Shown here one piece after another: positions 52,164 through 60,460 of a DNA stretch of 64,000 nt; positions within the stretch are counted from its first letter, which is position 1; each line of letters opens with the position of its first letter. The notes beneath the pieces are model-generated. The model made no database searches and was not told where the DNA came from. It saw nothing but the letters and a program-made list of their open reading frames with translations. The DNA lies in the NCBI GenBank assembly GCA_003283875.1, contig QBXD01000003.1, forward strand, positions 448-64,447. The letters run 5' to 3'. The DNA comes from SAR116 cluster bacterium AG-321-A13 (lineage in GTDB: Bacteria > Pseudomonadota > Alphaproteobacteria > Puniceispirillales > Marisalimonadaceae). A program made the position numbers and the translations under genes.

Positions 52164-52712
52164 TTATTTACTTGTAAAGCCCCAAATATTTTTTATTTTT
52201 ACCCATCCAAAAAAGTTTTTATTTTTAATAACTTCAATGTAACACCATTCCTTTTTACATTTCTTAATGTTAATTAACAAGTCTGGTAGCAATTTAGCTA
52301 GATCTTTACTTGTATCTAAAGGTCTTTTTTTAAGCAAAGTATTTGAAACAATTAAACCAGTTTTGAAAGAGGACAATAGTTGTGTGTGTATCCAACCAGA
52401 TAAATTACTTCTAGTTTTAACTTTTCTCCAATTATTAAACTCAGCGATTATTTTAACAGGATATCCTTTTTGATTGATTTCACATTTTATTGGAAACTCT
52501 TTTCCAGGTCCAGTCCTGACATATGTTAATGATTTTTTTAAAGAAGCCATTCTTGGTACTTTTAAACCGCTTCCATTTATAGATTTTTTTGAATTTTCAG
52601 TTTCAGAAAGCGTTGGTTGAGAAAAAAAAATTAAATTAATTACAAGAAAAATTGTAACAAAAAATAGAAATTTGCAATCTTTAAGAAATATATAAAATTT
52701 TATATTAATCAT
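52164..52712 (-). CDS. Exported tandem bacterial SH3-domain protein
   Basis: N-terminal hydrophobic segment; SGLKVPR, VRTGPG, PVKIIAEFNNWRKV, GWIH, WC, GWV, IWG; ATG 52712 overlaps the moeB stop (ATGA). Confidence 0.82.
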   Translation of the reverse strand: MINIKFYIFLKDCKFLFFVTIFLVINLIFFSQPTLSETENSKKSINGSGLKVPRMASLKKSLTYVRTGPGKEFPIKCEINQKGYPVKIIAEFNNWRKVKTRSNLSGWIHTQLLSSFKTGLIVSNTLLKKRPLDTSKDLAKLLPDLLINIKKCKKEWCYIEVIKNKNFFGWVKIKNIWGFTSK

Positions 52713-53458
52713 ATAGAGCATACTGGACATTTTTTATTTTTGGTCAGTTTTATTTTATCTAAACTTTGCACTAATCCATCATACAAAAATAAATATCCTG
52801 CGCTTGAATCATAATTTTTTAAAGCTATTTCTTTTATTCCTTCATTAACCTGCATACTACCAATTAAACCCGTTATTGGTCCAATTATGCCGGCCTCCCT
52901 ACAATTTGTAATAGGAGCAACTTCTTCAGTTTTAGGAAAAATACATTCATAACAAGGATATTTTTTATTTACTCCACTCTTCCAAATCGCCAACTGTCCT
53001 TCCATTTGAACAGCAGAACCTGATATTAAAGTTTTTTTATATAAATGTGATAAAAGATTAATCGTATATTTTGTTTCAGAATTGTCAGAACAATCAAAAA
53101 TTAAGTCAAATTTATTAATATCTGTGGATTTATCAAATTTTTTTTTATTCGATATTACAGTAATGTTGGGATTAATATTTGAGCATTCTTGTACAAGATT
53201 TTCAGCTTTATTATGACCAATCTTGTCGTTTTTATGAGCAATTTGTCTGTTAAGATTAGTAAGGTCAATAGTATCATCATCACAAATTTCTATATGTCCA
53301 AAACCTGCTGCAGAAGCATATAGCGCAACAGGACAACCTAACCCCCCAGCACCAATTATTAAACACGTTGTTCTGAGCAACTTTTCCTGACCTTTTTCAT
53401 CAAAGTTTGGAATAATTACCTGTCTTGCATATCTATTTAAATCGTCATCACTAAGCAT
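52709..53458 (-). CDS. MoeB/ThiF-family adenylyltransferase
   Basis: RYARQ, IIGAGGLG, DLTNLNRQ, DCSDN, PCYEC...CPVC zinc site, catalytic Cys in NCREAG. Confidence 0.92.
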   Translation of the reverse strand: MLSDDDLNRYARQVIIPNFDEKGQEKLLRTTCLIIGAGGLGCPVALYASAAGFGHIEICDDDTIDLTNLNRQIAHKNDKIGHNKAENLVQECSNINPNITVISNKKKFDKSTDINKFDLIFDCSDNSETKYTINLLSHLYKKTLISGSAVQMEGQLAIWKSGVNKKYPCYECIFPKTEEVAPITNCREAGIIGPITGLIGSMQVNEGIKEIALKNYDSSAGYLFLYDGLVQSLDKIKLTKNKKCPVCSI

Positions 53459-53465
53459 TTGTGTC

Positions 53466-54896
53466 TCAAATATTGGCAGTAGTAAATATTTTGTTGATTT
53501 TATCTGCTAGATTAAAGGCAACAGAATTCTTACTTTGCTCACACCATTCCTCACAATTATTTTTATCAATAAGAAAAACTTTATTAGAATCTTCTCCAAA
53601 AACTTTATTTTTACTAACATCATTGGCTATTATAAGATCAATTTTTTTAGAGATTAATTTTGATTTTGCGTTTTTAATTATATCATTAGTTTCAGCAGAA
53701 AACCCAATGACAAGATTGGGCCTTAATTTACTCTTAGATATTGTTGCTAGAATATCAGGATTTTTTAATGTTTTAAATAATAATTCCTCATTAGTTTTTT
53801 TAATTTTATTTTTACCATCAAATTTTTCATTAGCAGATGTTTTTGGAATAAATTTCCAGTCAGACACAGCGGCACAACAAATTAATATATCAGCGGGTAG
53901 TTGTGATATTGTTTTCTCAAACATTTCTTGCGCGTTTACAACTTGTATTATGTTTGCGCATTTTGGGAATGGTATATTTACTGGACCAGAAATTAAAGTT
54001 ACCTTTGCACCTCTTTTAGACAATTCAGATGCTATTGCAAAACCTTGTTTGCCTGAAGACCTGTTACTAACAAATCGAACTGGATCAATATTTTCTATTG
54101 TTGGCCCTGCTGTAATTACTATTGATACATTTTTGAATTGGCTAGCTATACTTTTTCTGTTAATTATATTTGAAATTATTCTGTCATAAATAACTTTAGG
54201 TTCTGGAAATCTTCCCTTTCCACTTTCACCACAAGCCATATCTCCAACATCAGGTGCTATAAATCCAATACCTCTTCCTAAAAGTTTTTGATAATTTTCT
54301 TGTGTTGCTAAGTTGCTCCACATAACAGGGTTCATAGATGGCGCTAAAATTATTTGAGAAAATGATGCAAGTAAAATTGTACTTGCGAGATCATCTGCTA
54401 TTCCATTAGCAAGTTTTGCCATAATATTTGCTGTAGCAGGAGCTACTAAAATCAAGTCTGGTTTTCTAGCAAGCATGATGTGGTTCATTTTTGATTCATC
54501 TTCAACAGAAAACAAATCAGTATAACATTTTTTTTCATTCAAGCTTGTTACTAGTAAAGGAGTAATGAATCTTTGAGCTGATTTAGTCAATACAACATCA
54601 AGATCAATGTTTGCTTTTTTCACTAACCTAATTATTTCAAGTGATTTGTATGACGCTATTCCGCCACATATAATTAAAAGCATTTTAAAATTTGAATTAT
54701 CAAAATTATGGCTTGGTAAAAAATCTTCAGTGTTAATGTTGTGTTGTAAGCTTAGTGACAGTATAGCGTTGAGTTTATTTTTGGGAATTCTATTGAGTTT
54801 TCTCCAGTTTGAAACTGCTGATGGCTTTATTTTTAGTTTTTCGGCTACTAATCCTGTTCCACCAAGTAAGGAAATGAGCTGTGAAATATTATTCAT
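53466..54896 (-). CDS. coaBC: Bifunctional phosphopantothenoylcysteine decarboxylase/synthetase with an extra N-terminal Cro/YdaS-like HTH domain
   Basis: CoaC: GGIASYK, HIML, APATANIMAK, APSMNPVMW, MACGESGKGR. CoaB: ITAGPT, IDPVRFVSNRSSGKQG, AAVSD, NPDIL, GFSAET, ANDV. About 70 extra in-frame N-terminal residues; start ATG 54896 (or TTG 54911). Confidence 0.95.
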   Translation of the reverse strand: MNNISQLISLLGGTGLVAEKLKIKPSAVSNWRKLNRIPKNKLNAILSLSLQHNINTEDFLPSHNFDNSNFKMLLIICGGIASYKSLEIIRLVKKANIDLDVVLTKSAQRFITPLLVTSLNEKKCYTDLFSVEDESKMNHIMLARKPDLILVAPATANIMAKLANGIADDLASTILLASFSQIILAPSMNPVMWSNLATQENYQKLLGRGIGFIAPDVGDMACGESGKGRFPEPKVIYDRIISNIINRKSIASQFKNVSIVITAGPTIENIDPVRFVSNRSSGKQGFAIASELSKRGAKVTLISGPVNIPFPKCANIIQVVNAQEMFEKTISQLPADILICCAAVSDWKFIPKTSANEKFDGKNKIKKTNEELLFKTLKNPDILATISKSKLRPNLVIGFSAETNDIIKNAKSKLISKKIDLIIANDVSKNKVFGEDSNKVFLIDKNNCEEWCEQSKNSVAFNLADKINKIFTTANI

Positions 54897-54958
54897 TAAA
54901 TCAATTACCAAAAAAATATAACATTATATTAAAATTATTGAATTTAAAATGAATTTTT

Positions 54959-56407
54959 TCATTTTTTTGTTAAAATTTTCTCAATTTGAACAATAATTTC
55001 AGGTATTTTCAACAAGGCCAACTTATTTTTATGAAAACACTCTTCCAAAATTTTAAAAGGATCGTGAGTATCATTTATCCATTTATCAATAAGAGGAGCA
55101 GATAAATCCCACATATTAATATCAGGATTAATTTGTCTTGTTGTACCCTCTGCCATTAACATAGTTTTTTGAAGTAAAGTAAACTGAGGTTGTACTTCAA
55201 TATTAAATTCTTTAGATAAACCTAGTATCTGCCCCAATAATTTGGCTAGAGAAACTTCACCTATAGGCTTGTTTAATATTGGTGTGCAAATTGCTCTTAT
55301 AGCTTGTGCGAGATGATCATGAGAAATATCTTTTCCTAACATATTTGCCTCTGAATGTATCTCTACAACTTTTTTATAATTTTTATTAAGAAGATGTGTA
55401 AGTAATAACGCCAAAAATTGACGGTCTTTATTTGATAGCCTTCCCATAATACCAAAATCAATTGGAATAAGAACGCCTTTGGGATTAATTAAAATGTTAC
55501 CCGGATGCATATCACCATGAAAAAAACCATCACGAAATACTTGAAGAAAGAAAACTTCAGTGCCTATCTCAGTTATTTTTTTAATATTGTGATTAACTTT
55601 CTTTAAAGCATTTATATCATCAATTCGAATTCCCTGTATGTACTCGAGAACAAGTATGTTTTTACTAGTAAATTCCCAGTAAATTTTAGGTACTTTGTAA
55701 TTTGGATTATCTTTGAAGTTTTCTGAAAGTTCCTCTGCTGCGGATGCTTCTAATGTTAAGTCAAGTTCGTTTAATGAAACTTCTGACAATACCTCAACAT
55801 TTTTTGAAAGCTTTAGTCTTTTAATACTTGGGATAGCTATCTCAAGACATTTTGATACCCAGTAAAAAAAGATAAAGTCTTTAAACAATTTTTCTTTGAT
55901 ATTTGGCTTAAGTATTTTAATAGCAACAGTTTCACCACTTTTTAAAATAGCAGTATGTACCTGAGCAACAGAAGCGTTTGCAATAGGTTTTTCATTAAAA
56001 GAAGAAAAAATATTACCTATTGAGTCATGATTTTCTTTCTCAATTATGTTTTTTGCAATAGAACTAGAAAAAGGCTCCATATCATCTTGTAATTTTTTTA
56101 AATACTCGCATATTTTTTTATCAACCAGGTCTGGCCTTGTTGATAAAGCTTGCCCAAACTTAATATACCCTGGACCTAAATTAATTAAACAACGGAGAAG
56201 TTTTTTTCCTATTTCATCTTTGTTTTCTGAATAAATGAGTAAATTTAAAAATTTTAAAGTTAAATTTAGTTTTTTATTAAAAAACGGTTTATCAATTAAA
56301 AGCGTTAAAGTACCTGCTCTCACCAATTTAAAAAATACAAAAAGACCTAATACACAAAAGTACGGTGTTTTCCATATTGGATACTCTAACCTTTGTTTTA
56401 TTTGCAT
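54959..56407 (-). CDS. ubiB: Ubiquinone biosynthesis protein kinase-like UbiB
   Basis: LGPGYIKFGQALSTRPD, ASVAQVH, VAIK, ELDL, GFFHGDMHPGN, DFGIMG. Confidence 0.95.
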   Translation of the reverse strand: MQIKQRLEYPIWKTPYFCVLGLFVFFKLVRAGTLTLLIDKPFFNKKLNLTLKFLNLLIYSENKDEIGKKLLRCLINLGPGYIKFGQALSTRPDLVDKKICEYLKKLQDDMEPFSSSIAKNIIEKENHDSIGNIFSSFNEKPIANASVAQVHTAILKSGETVAIKILKPNIKEKLFKDFIFFYWVSKCLEIAIPSIKRLKLSKNVEVLSEVSLNELDLTLEASAAEELSENFKDNPNYKVPKIYWEFTSKNILVLEYIQGIRIDDINALKKVNHNIKKITEIGTEVFFLQVFRDGFFHGDMHPGNILINPKGVLIPIDFGIMGRLSNKDRQFLALLLTHLLNKNYKKVVEIHSEANMLGKDISHDHLAQAIRAICTPILNKPIGEVSLAKLLGQILGLSKEFNIEVQPQFTLLQKTMLMAEGTTRQINPDINMWDLSAPLIDKWINDTHDPFKILEECFHKNKLALLKIPEIIVQIEKILTKK

Positions 56408-57148
56408 TTAAATTTTCCATCCAGAATGAAGTGCAACTATACCATTTGACAGATTCCTGTATTTAACTCTTGAAAAACCAGCATCTGAAAACATTTGAGC
56501 AAGCTCAGGTTGGGTAGGAAATTGTCTTATGGATTCAACCAAATAATTATATGCATCTTTATCCCCTGTAATTTTCTTGCCTATGGAGGGCATAAAAATA
56601 AATGACCACGTATCATACAATTTTTTGATCGCATCATTTTCTACATGGCTAAATTCCAGACAAATTAATCGACCTCCAGGCTTTAATATACGATATATTT
56701 CTTTTAAACATTTAATTCTATCAGTAATATTTCTTAAGCCAAATCCAATAGTCGCTCTTTCAAAATAACCTTCGGTTGCAGGAATATTTTCAGCACTAGC
56801 AATAGTCCATATTATTTTTTGTGATGTATTACTTTTGTTCTGACCTGTGTTTAACATTTCTTGGTTTATATCATACACATAGGCACTACCCCCACCTGCG
56901 TTCAAAAATTTTTTAGCTATGTCTCCAGTACCTCCTGCAATATCAGCTAATTTTTGATTTCTCTGAGGTGCCAACCAATTAATTAGATCATTTTTCCATA
57001 ATCTATGTATTCCAAAACTAGTAAGGTCATTCATTAAATCGTACTTACTAGCAACTGAATCAAATACTTTATTAACTAACTTCTGTTTATCAGATCTTTT
57101 TACAGTTTTATATCCAAAGTCAATTTTTTGATCATCTTTATTTAACAT
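56408..57148 (-). CDS. ubiE: Ubiquinone/menaquinone C-methyltransferase
   Basis: VFDSVASKYDLMND, GIHRLWK, DIAGGTGD, FGLRN, LKPGG, YLVESIRQFP. Confidence 0.97.
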   Translation of the reverse strand: MLNKDDQKIDFGYKTVKRSDKQKLVNKVFDSVASKYDLMNDLTSFGIHRLWKNDLINWLAPQRNQKLADIAGGTGDIAKKFLNAGGGSAYVYDINQEMLNTGQNKSNTSQKIIWTIASAENIPATEGYFERATIGFGLRNITDRIKCLKEIYRILKPGGRLICLEFSHVENDAIKKLYDTWSFIFMPSIGKKITGDKDAYNYLVESIRQFPTQPELAQMFSDAGFSRVKYRNLSNGIVALHSGWKI

Positions 57149-57226
57149 TATAATTCCAAATTACTATATGATAAAATCAAATATACTTTTTTAATTTATT
57201 TAAAGATACACAAAAAAGGATAAAAG

Positions 57227-58060
57227 ATGCCAGAATTACCAGAAGTAGAAACAGTACGTCTGGGTTTATCTAAAATTGTTTATAACTCAAAAATTGAAGA
57301 CGTAAATGTACTTAGAAGTGATTTAAGATGGAAAATAAAAAAAACTTTGAAACATGATTTAGAAAATGATTATTTCAAACAACCCCTTAGAAGAGGAAAA
57401 TATATATTAATACCTACTATTAAAGATAATATTTTTCTTATTCATCTAGGTATGAGTGGACAAATAAAAATTAGAGACAATTTTGAAAGTATTTTTAAAC
57501 ATGATCATGTAAGAGTGACAATAAAATCTGAAAACGATAAGAGGTATTTTATTACCTACAATGATCCAAGAAGATTTGGATTCATTGACCTGTTTCATAA
57601 AAAAGAAATTAATGAGCATTTCTTATTAAAAAAGTTAGGCGTTGAACCTTTTGAAAAAAATTTTACTGTTGGTTATTTACACACGATGTTTGATAAAAAG
57701 ATGAAATGTATAAAAGATATTCTTATGGACCAAAGTGTTATTGCAGGTATAGGGAATATTTATGCTAGCGAAATTTTGTTTAAAGCAAAAGTGAATCCCC
57801 ACAGGAGCGCAAAAACTCTAAATAATGAAGAAATAAAATCAATTATTGGAGCTACAATAGAAATTTTAAAAAAATCAATTAATGTGGGTGGAACAACTCT
57901 CCAAAATCACTTGCAACCTAATGGAAAACTTGGTTACTTTTTTCAAAACCTTGAAGTTTATGGTAAAAAAAATAAAACATGTAATAAATGCAAGTGTTTA
58001 ATCTCATTTAGTACAATAAGTAATCGTTCAACATTTTATTGCAGTAATTGTCAAATTTAG
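57227..58060 (+). CDS. mutM: Formamidopyrimidine-DNA glycosylase
   Basis: MPELPEVET, RRGKY, HLGMSG, DPRRFG, AGIGNIYASE, C-terminal C4 zinc finger. Confidence 0.98.
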   Translation: MPELPEVETVRLGLSKIVYNSKIEDVNVLRSDLRWKIKKTLKHDLENDYFKQPLRRGKYILIPTIKDNIFLIHLGMSGQIKIRDNFESIFKHDHVRVTIKSENDKRYFITYNDPRRFGFIDLFHKKEINEHFLLKKLGVEPFEKNFTVGYLHTMFDKKMKCIKDILMDQSVIAGIGNIYASEILFKAKVNPHRSAKTLNNEEIKSIIGATIEILKKSINVGGTTLQNHLQPNGKLGYFFQNLEVYGKKNKTCNKCKCLISFSTISNRSTFYCSNCQI

Positions 58061-58094
58061 GATAACCATAAACAAACAAAATTTCTTATTTAAC

Positions 58095-58123
58095 TTGACA
58101 TTTAAATTAAAAAAAACTAATTC
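58095..58123 (+). promoter_or_regulatory. Sigma-70 promoter of rpsT
   Basis: Perfect TTGACA (58095-100), 17 nt, TAATTC (58118-23); lacks the -7 T, as is common in alphaproteobacteria. Confidence 0.65.
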
Positions 58124-58152
58124 ACTGTTAATAATGTTACTAGGATACAATA

Positions 58153-58416
58153 ATGGCTAATCATATTTCAGCTAAAAAAAGAATAAGACGTAATTCCAAA
58201 ATGGAAGTAGTTAATAAAGTAAGAAAAAACAGAGTTAGGTCATTTATAAAAAAAGTTGAGTTAGCCATAGAAAAAGATGATAAAAAATTAGCCGAAAAAG
58301 CTTTCATTCTCGCTCAGCCAGAGATGCACAGATCTGTGACTAAAGGTGTTTTTAAAAAAAATACTATTTCGAGAAAGTTATCTAGATTATCAGCAAGAAT
58401 AAAAAATATAGCTTAA
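58153..58416 (+). CDS. rpsT: 30S ribosomal protein S20
   Basis: MANHISAKKRIR, RSFIKKV, KGVFKKNTISRKLSRL. Confidence 0.97.
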   Translation: MANHISAKKRIRRNSKMEVVNKVRKNRVRSFIKKVELAIEKDDKKLAEKAFILAQPEMHRSVTKGVFKKNTISRKLSRLSARIKNIA

Positions 58417-58752
58417 TTTCGAGATCTGATATTATAACCTTAAGAACAGTTTGGTATATTTTTATAAATTTAATATTAAAAAAATAATAAAATTAACGAT
58501 TCGTGGCAATCAATAATATCTTATTATTAAAAAAATTTTAAAATCTAGTAATTAGTAAATATATTACTTGATAAAATTTTTATATTAAAAAAAATATATC
58601 TTCTTAAGAATCATAATAATTTCAATGTAGTAACCTAAATTATTAGAAAATTAACTCAAAAACAAATACTTAAATATTTAAAATTATTAAAAAATTTAAA
58701 TGATAAATAAATTTTTTAATTTTTTTAATCCATTGTTTTATAGAAGTTTTTT

Positions 58753-58761
58753 TGTGAAAAA
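58753..58761 (-). promoter_or_regulatory. DnaA box upstream of dnaA
   Basis: Plus-strand TGTGAAAAA reads TTTTTCACA on the minus strand, fitting TTWTNCACA; about 150 bp before the dnaA start. Confidence 0.45.
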
Positions 58762-58907
58762 CAAAAATCAATAATTTTTTTTTATTTATTATGCATTATG
58801 CATATTGCAGATGACAATAAGCTATATAAAATCAAAAAATTATTTTTAATATAAAAAGTCAAAACTCTAAAGTATTAAACCATCTGTTTTAAGAAGTATT
58901 TATTTAA

Positions 58908-60344
58908 ATGAGCAAAATTAGATCATATTTTGAGACAAAAAAAACTAAAATCGAGATAAATCAGGATTTAAAAGTTTTTAGATCCTTACAAAATGACAAT
59001 TGGAAAAAAACTAAACATCTTATTTCTAAAAATATTAAGGAAGTAGTATGGAAAGCATGGATAGAACCACTCAAATTTATTGAATATGAAAAAAAAATAC
59101 TTCATTTGTCTACGGACTCTCAATTAATTTCAAACAGAGCTGAAACGCAGTATTATGAAAATATTTTTTTTGAGGCGTCAAAATATTTTGAAGGATTAAC
59201 AAGAATTACTTTTCACACAACAGATAGGGTCCAGGCTATTAATTCTTTCAAGATTGAAAAAAACTATAAACCCAAGGTTGATACTTTAATACACAATGAC
59301 CTTTCATTTGTAGACACTATGTCTATGAAAATTAATACAAAATTTACTTTTGATAATTTTGTAGTTGGCACCACTAATCAAATGCCCTACGCAGCTTCCA
59401 AAAGGATATGCGATGTAAGCTCTTTTATTTATAATCCACTATATATTCATGGCAATGTAGGGATGGGAAAGACTCACTTATTAAATGCAATTGCAATAGA
59501 ATTAAAGCATAAAAATCCAAACATTAAACTTCTATTAATGTCTGCAGAACGTTTTATGTACCAGTTTATAAAATCTATAAGACAAAAAGATACTCTAAAG
59601 TTTAAGGATCAATTTAGATCTATCGATGTTTTAATTATTGATGATATTCAATTTATTGGTGGCAAAGGCTCAACTCAGGAGGAGTTTTTTTATACATTCA
59701 ATAACTTGATAGATGATGGCAAACAAATTATAATTTCATCTAATAAATCACCCGTTGAATTAATTGACTTGGAAGAGAAACTAAAATCAAGATTAGGAGG
59801 AGGTCTAGTCGTTGATTTTCTTCCAACTAATTATGAATTAAGACTGGATATACTTAGAAAAAAAGTTAATTTATCTGGAATAAATATACCGTTAAATGTT
59901 CTTCAATTTTTAGCTAATAAAATTATAAGTAATATCAGAGAATTAGAAGGTGCTTTAAATCGAATTTGGGCAAATCACGAACTTACAGGTAATGATATAA
60001 CTCTAGAAAACTCTGAACGCTTATTATCTGATATTTTATTAGTCAACGAAAAAAATATATCTATTAATTTTATACAAGAGCAAGTTTCTCTATTTTATAA
60101 TTTAAAGTTATCTGATATGACTTCTTCAAGACGTTCAATTAATATTGCCAGACCTAGGCAGATTGCTATGTATATTTGTAAGGCTATAACTAGTTTTTCT
60201 TATCCTGAGATAGGGAAAGCCTTTGGAGGAAAAGATCACACTACAGTAATGCATGCAGTAAAAAAAATTGAAGCATTATTACTTGTAGATCAAAAATTAA
60301 AAAAACAACTTTCCGAAATAAAAATATCCATTGTTTCTACTTAA
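58908..60344 (+). CDS. dnaA: Chromosomal replication initiator DnaA
   Basis: FTFDNFVVG, NPLYIHGNVGMGKTHL, IDDIQF, TQEEFF, NIRELEGAL, RPRQIAMY, GGKDHTTVMHA. Confidence 0.98.
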   Translation: MSKIRSYFETKKTKIEINQDLKVFRSLQNDNWKKTKHLISKNIKEVVWKAWIEPLKFIEYEKKILHLSTDSQLISNRAETQYYENIFFEASKYFEGLTRITFHTTDRVQAINSFKIEKNYKPKVDTLIHNDLSFVDTMSMKINTKFTFDNFVVGTTNQMPYAASKRICDVSSFIYNPLYIHGNVGMGKTHLLNAIAIELKHKNPNIKLLLMSAERFMYQFIKSIRQKDTLKFKDQFRSIDVLIIDDIQFIGGKGSTQEEFFYTFNNLIDDGKQIIISSNKSPVELIDLEEKLKSRLGGGLVVDFLPTNYELRLDILRKKVNLSGINIPLNVLQFLANKIISNIRELEGALNRIWANHELTGNDITLENSERLLSDILLVNEKNISINFIQEQVSLFYNLKLSDMTSSRRSINIARPRQIAMYICKAITSFSYPEIGKAFGGKDHTTVMHAVKKIEALLLVDQKLKKQLSEIKISIVST

Positions 60345-60384
60345 TGATGCCCTCATTTAAGGAAGATTACTTATATGTAATTGC

Positions 60385-60414
60385 TTGCTGAAACAAGTCT
60401 AAACATGTTATAAT
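60385..60414 (+). promoter_or_regulatory. Sigma-70 promoter of dnaN-recF-gyrB
   Basis: TTGCTG (60385-90), 18 nt, TATAAT (60409-14), with extended -10 TGn. Confidence 0.6.
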
Positions 60415-60460
60415 AAAACTATAATATTTATGTTTATTTGCAAGCGATTGAGGTTAAATT

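Noticed and set aside
53461-54189. 242-aa antisense ORF overlapping coaBC (also 54607-54921)
   Set aside because: It lies in the antisense frame that shares wobble positions with the real gene, where stops are depleted. It has no SD and no recognisable motif, and similar shadow ORFs occur throughout the window.
54714-54896. Prophage or toxin-antitoxin locus suggested by the Cro/YdaS-like HTH
   Set aside because: No integrase, divergent CI repressor, YdaT partner, att repeats or phage genes nearby; the domain is in frame with coaBC among housekeeping genes.
1888-56768. About 40 short (60-113 aa) antisense or alternate-frame ORFs within his, dnaK, maeB, mutS, infB, pnp and other genes
   Set aside because: All lie wholly or mostly within well-supported genes and show S/I/L/F-rich shadow composition with no motifs.
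58417-58907. Firm oriC call
   Set aside because: Only one relaxed DnaA box, no perfect TTATCCACA cluster and no exact CtrA TTAA-N7-TTAA found by eye; kept only as a hypothesis.
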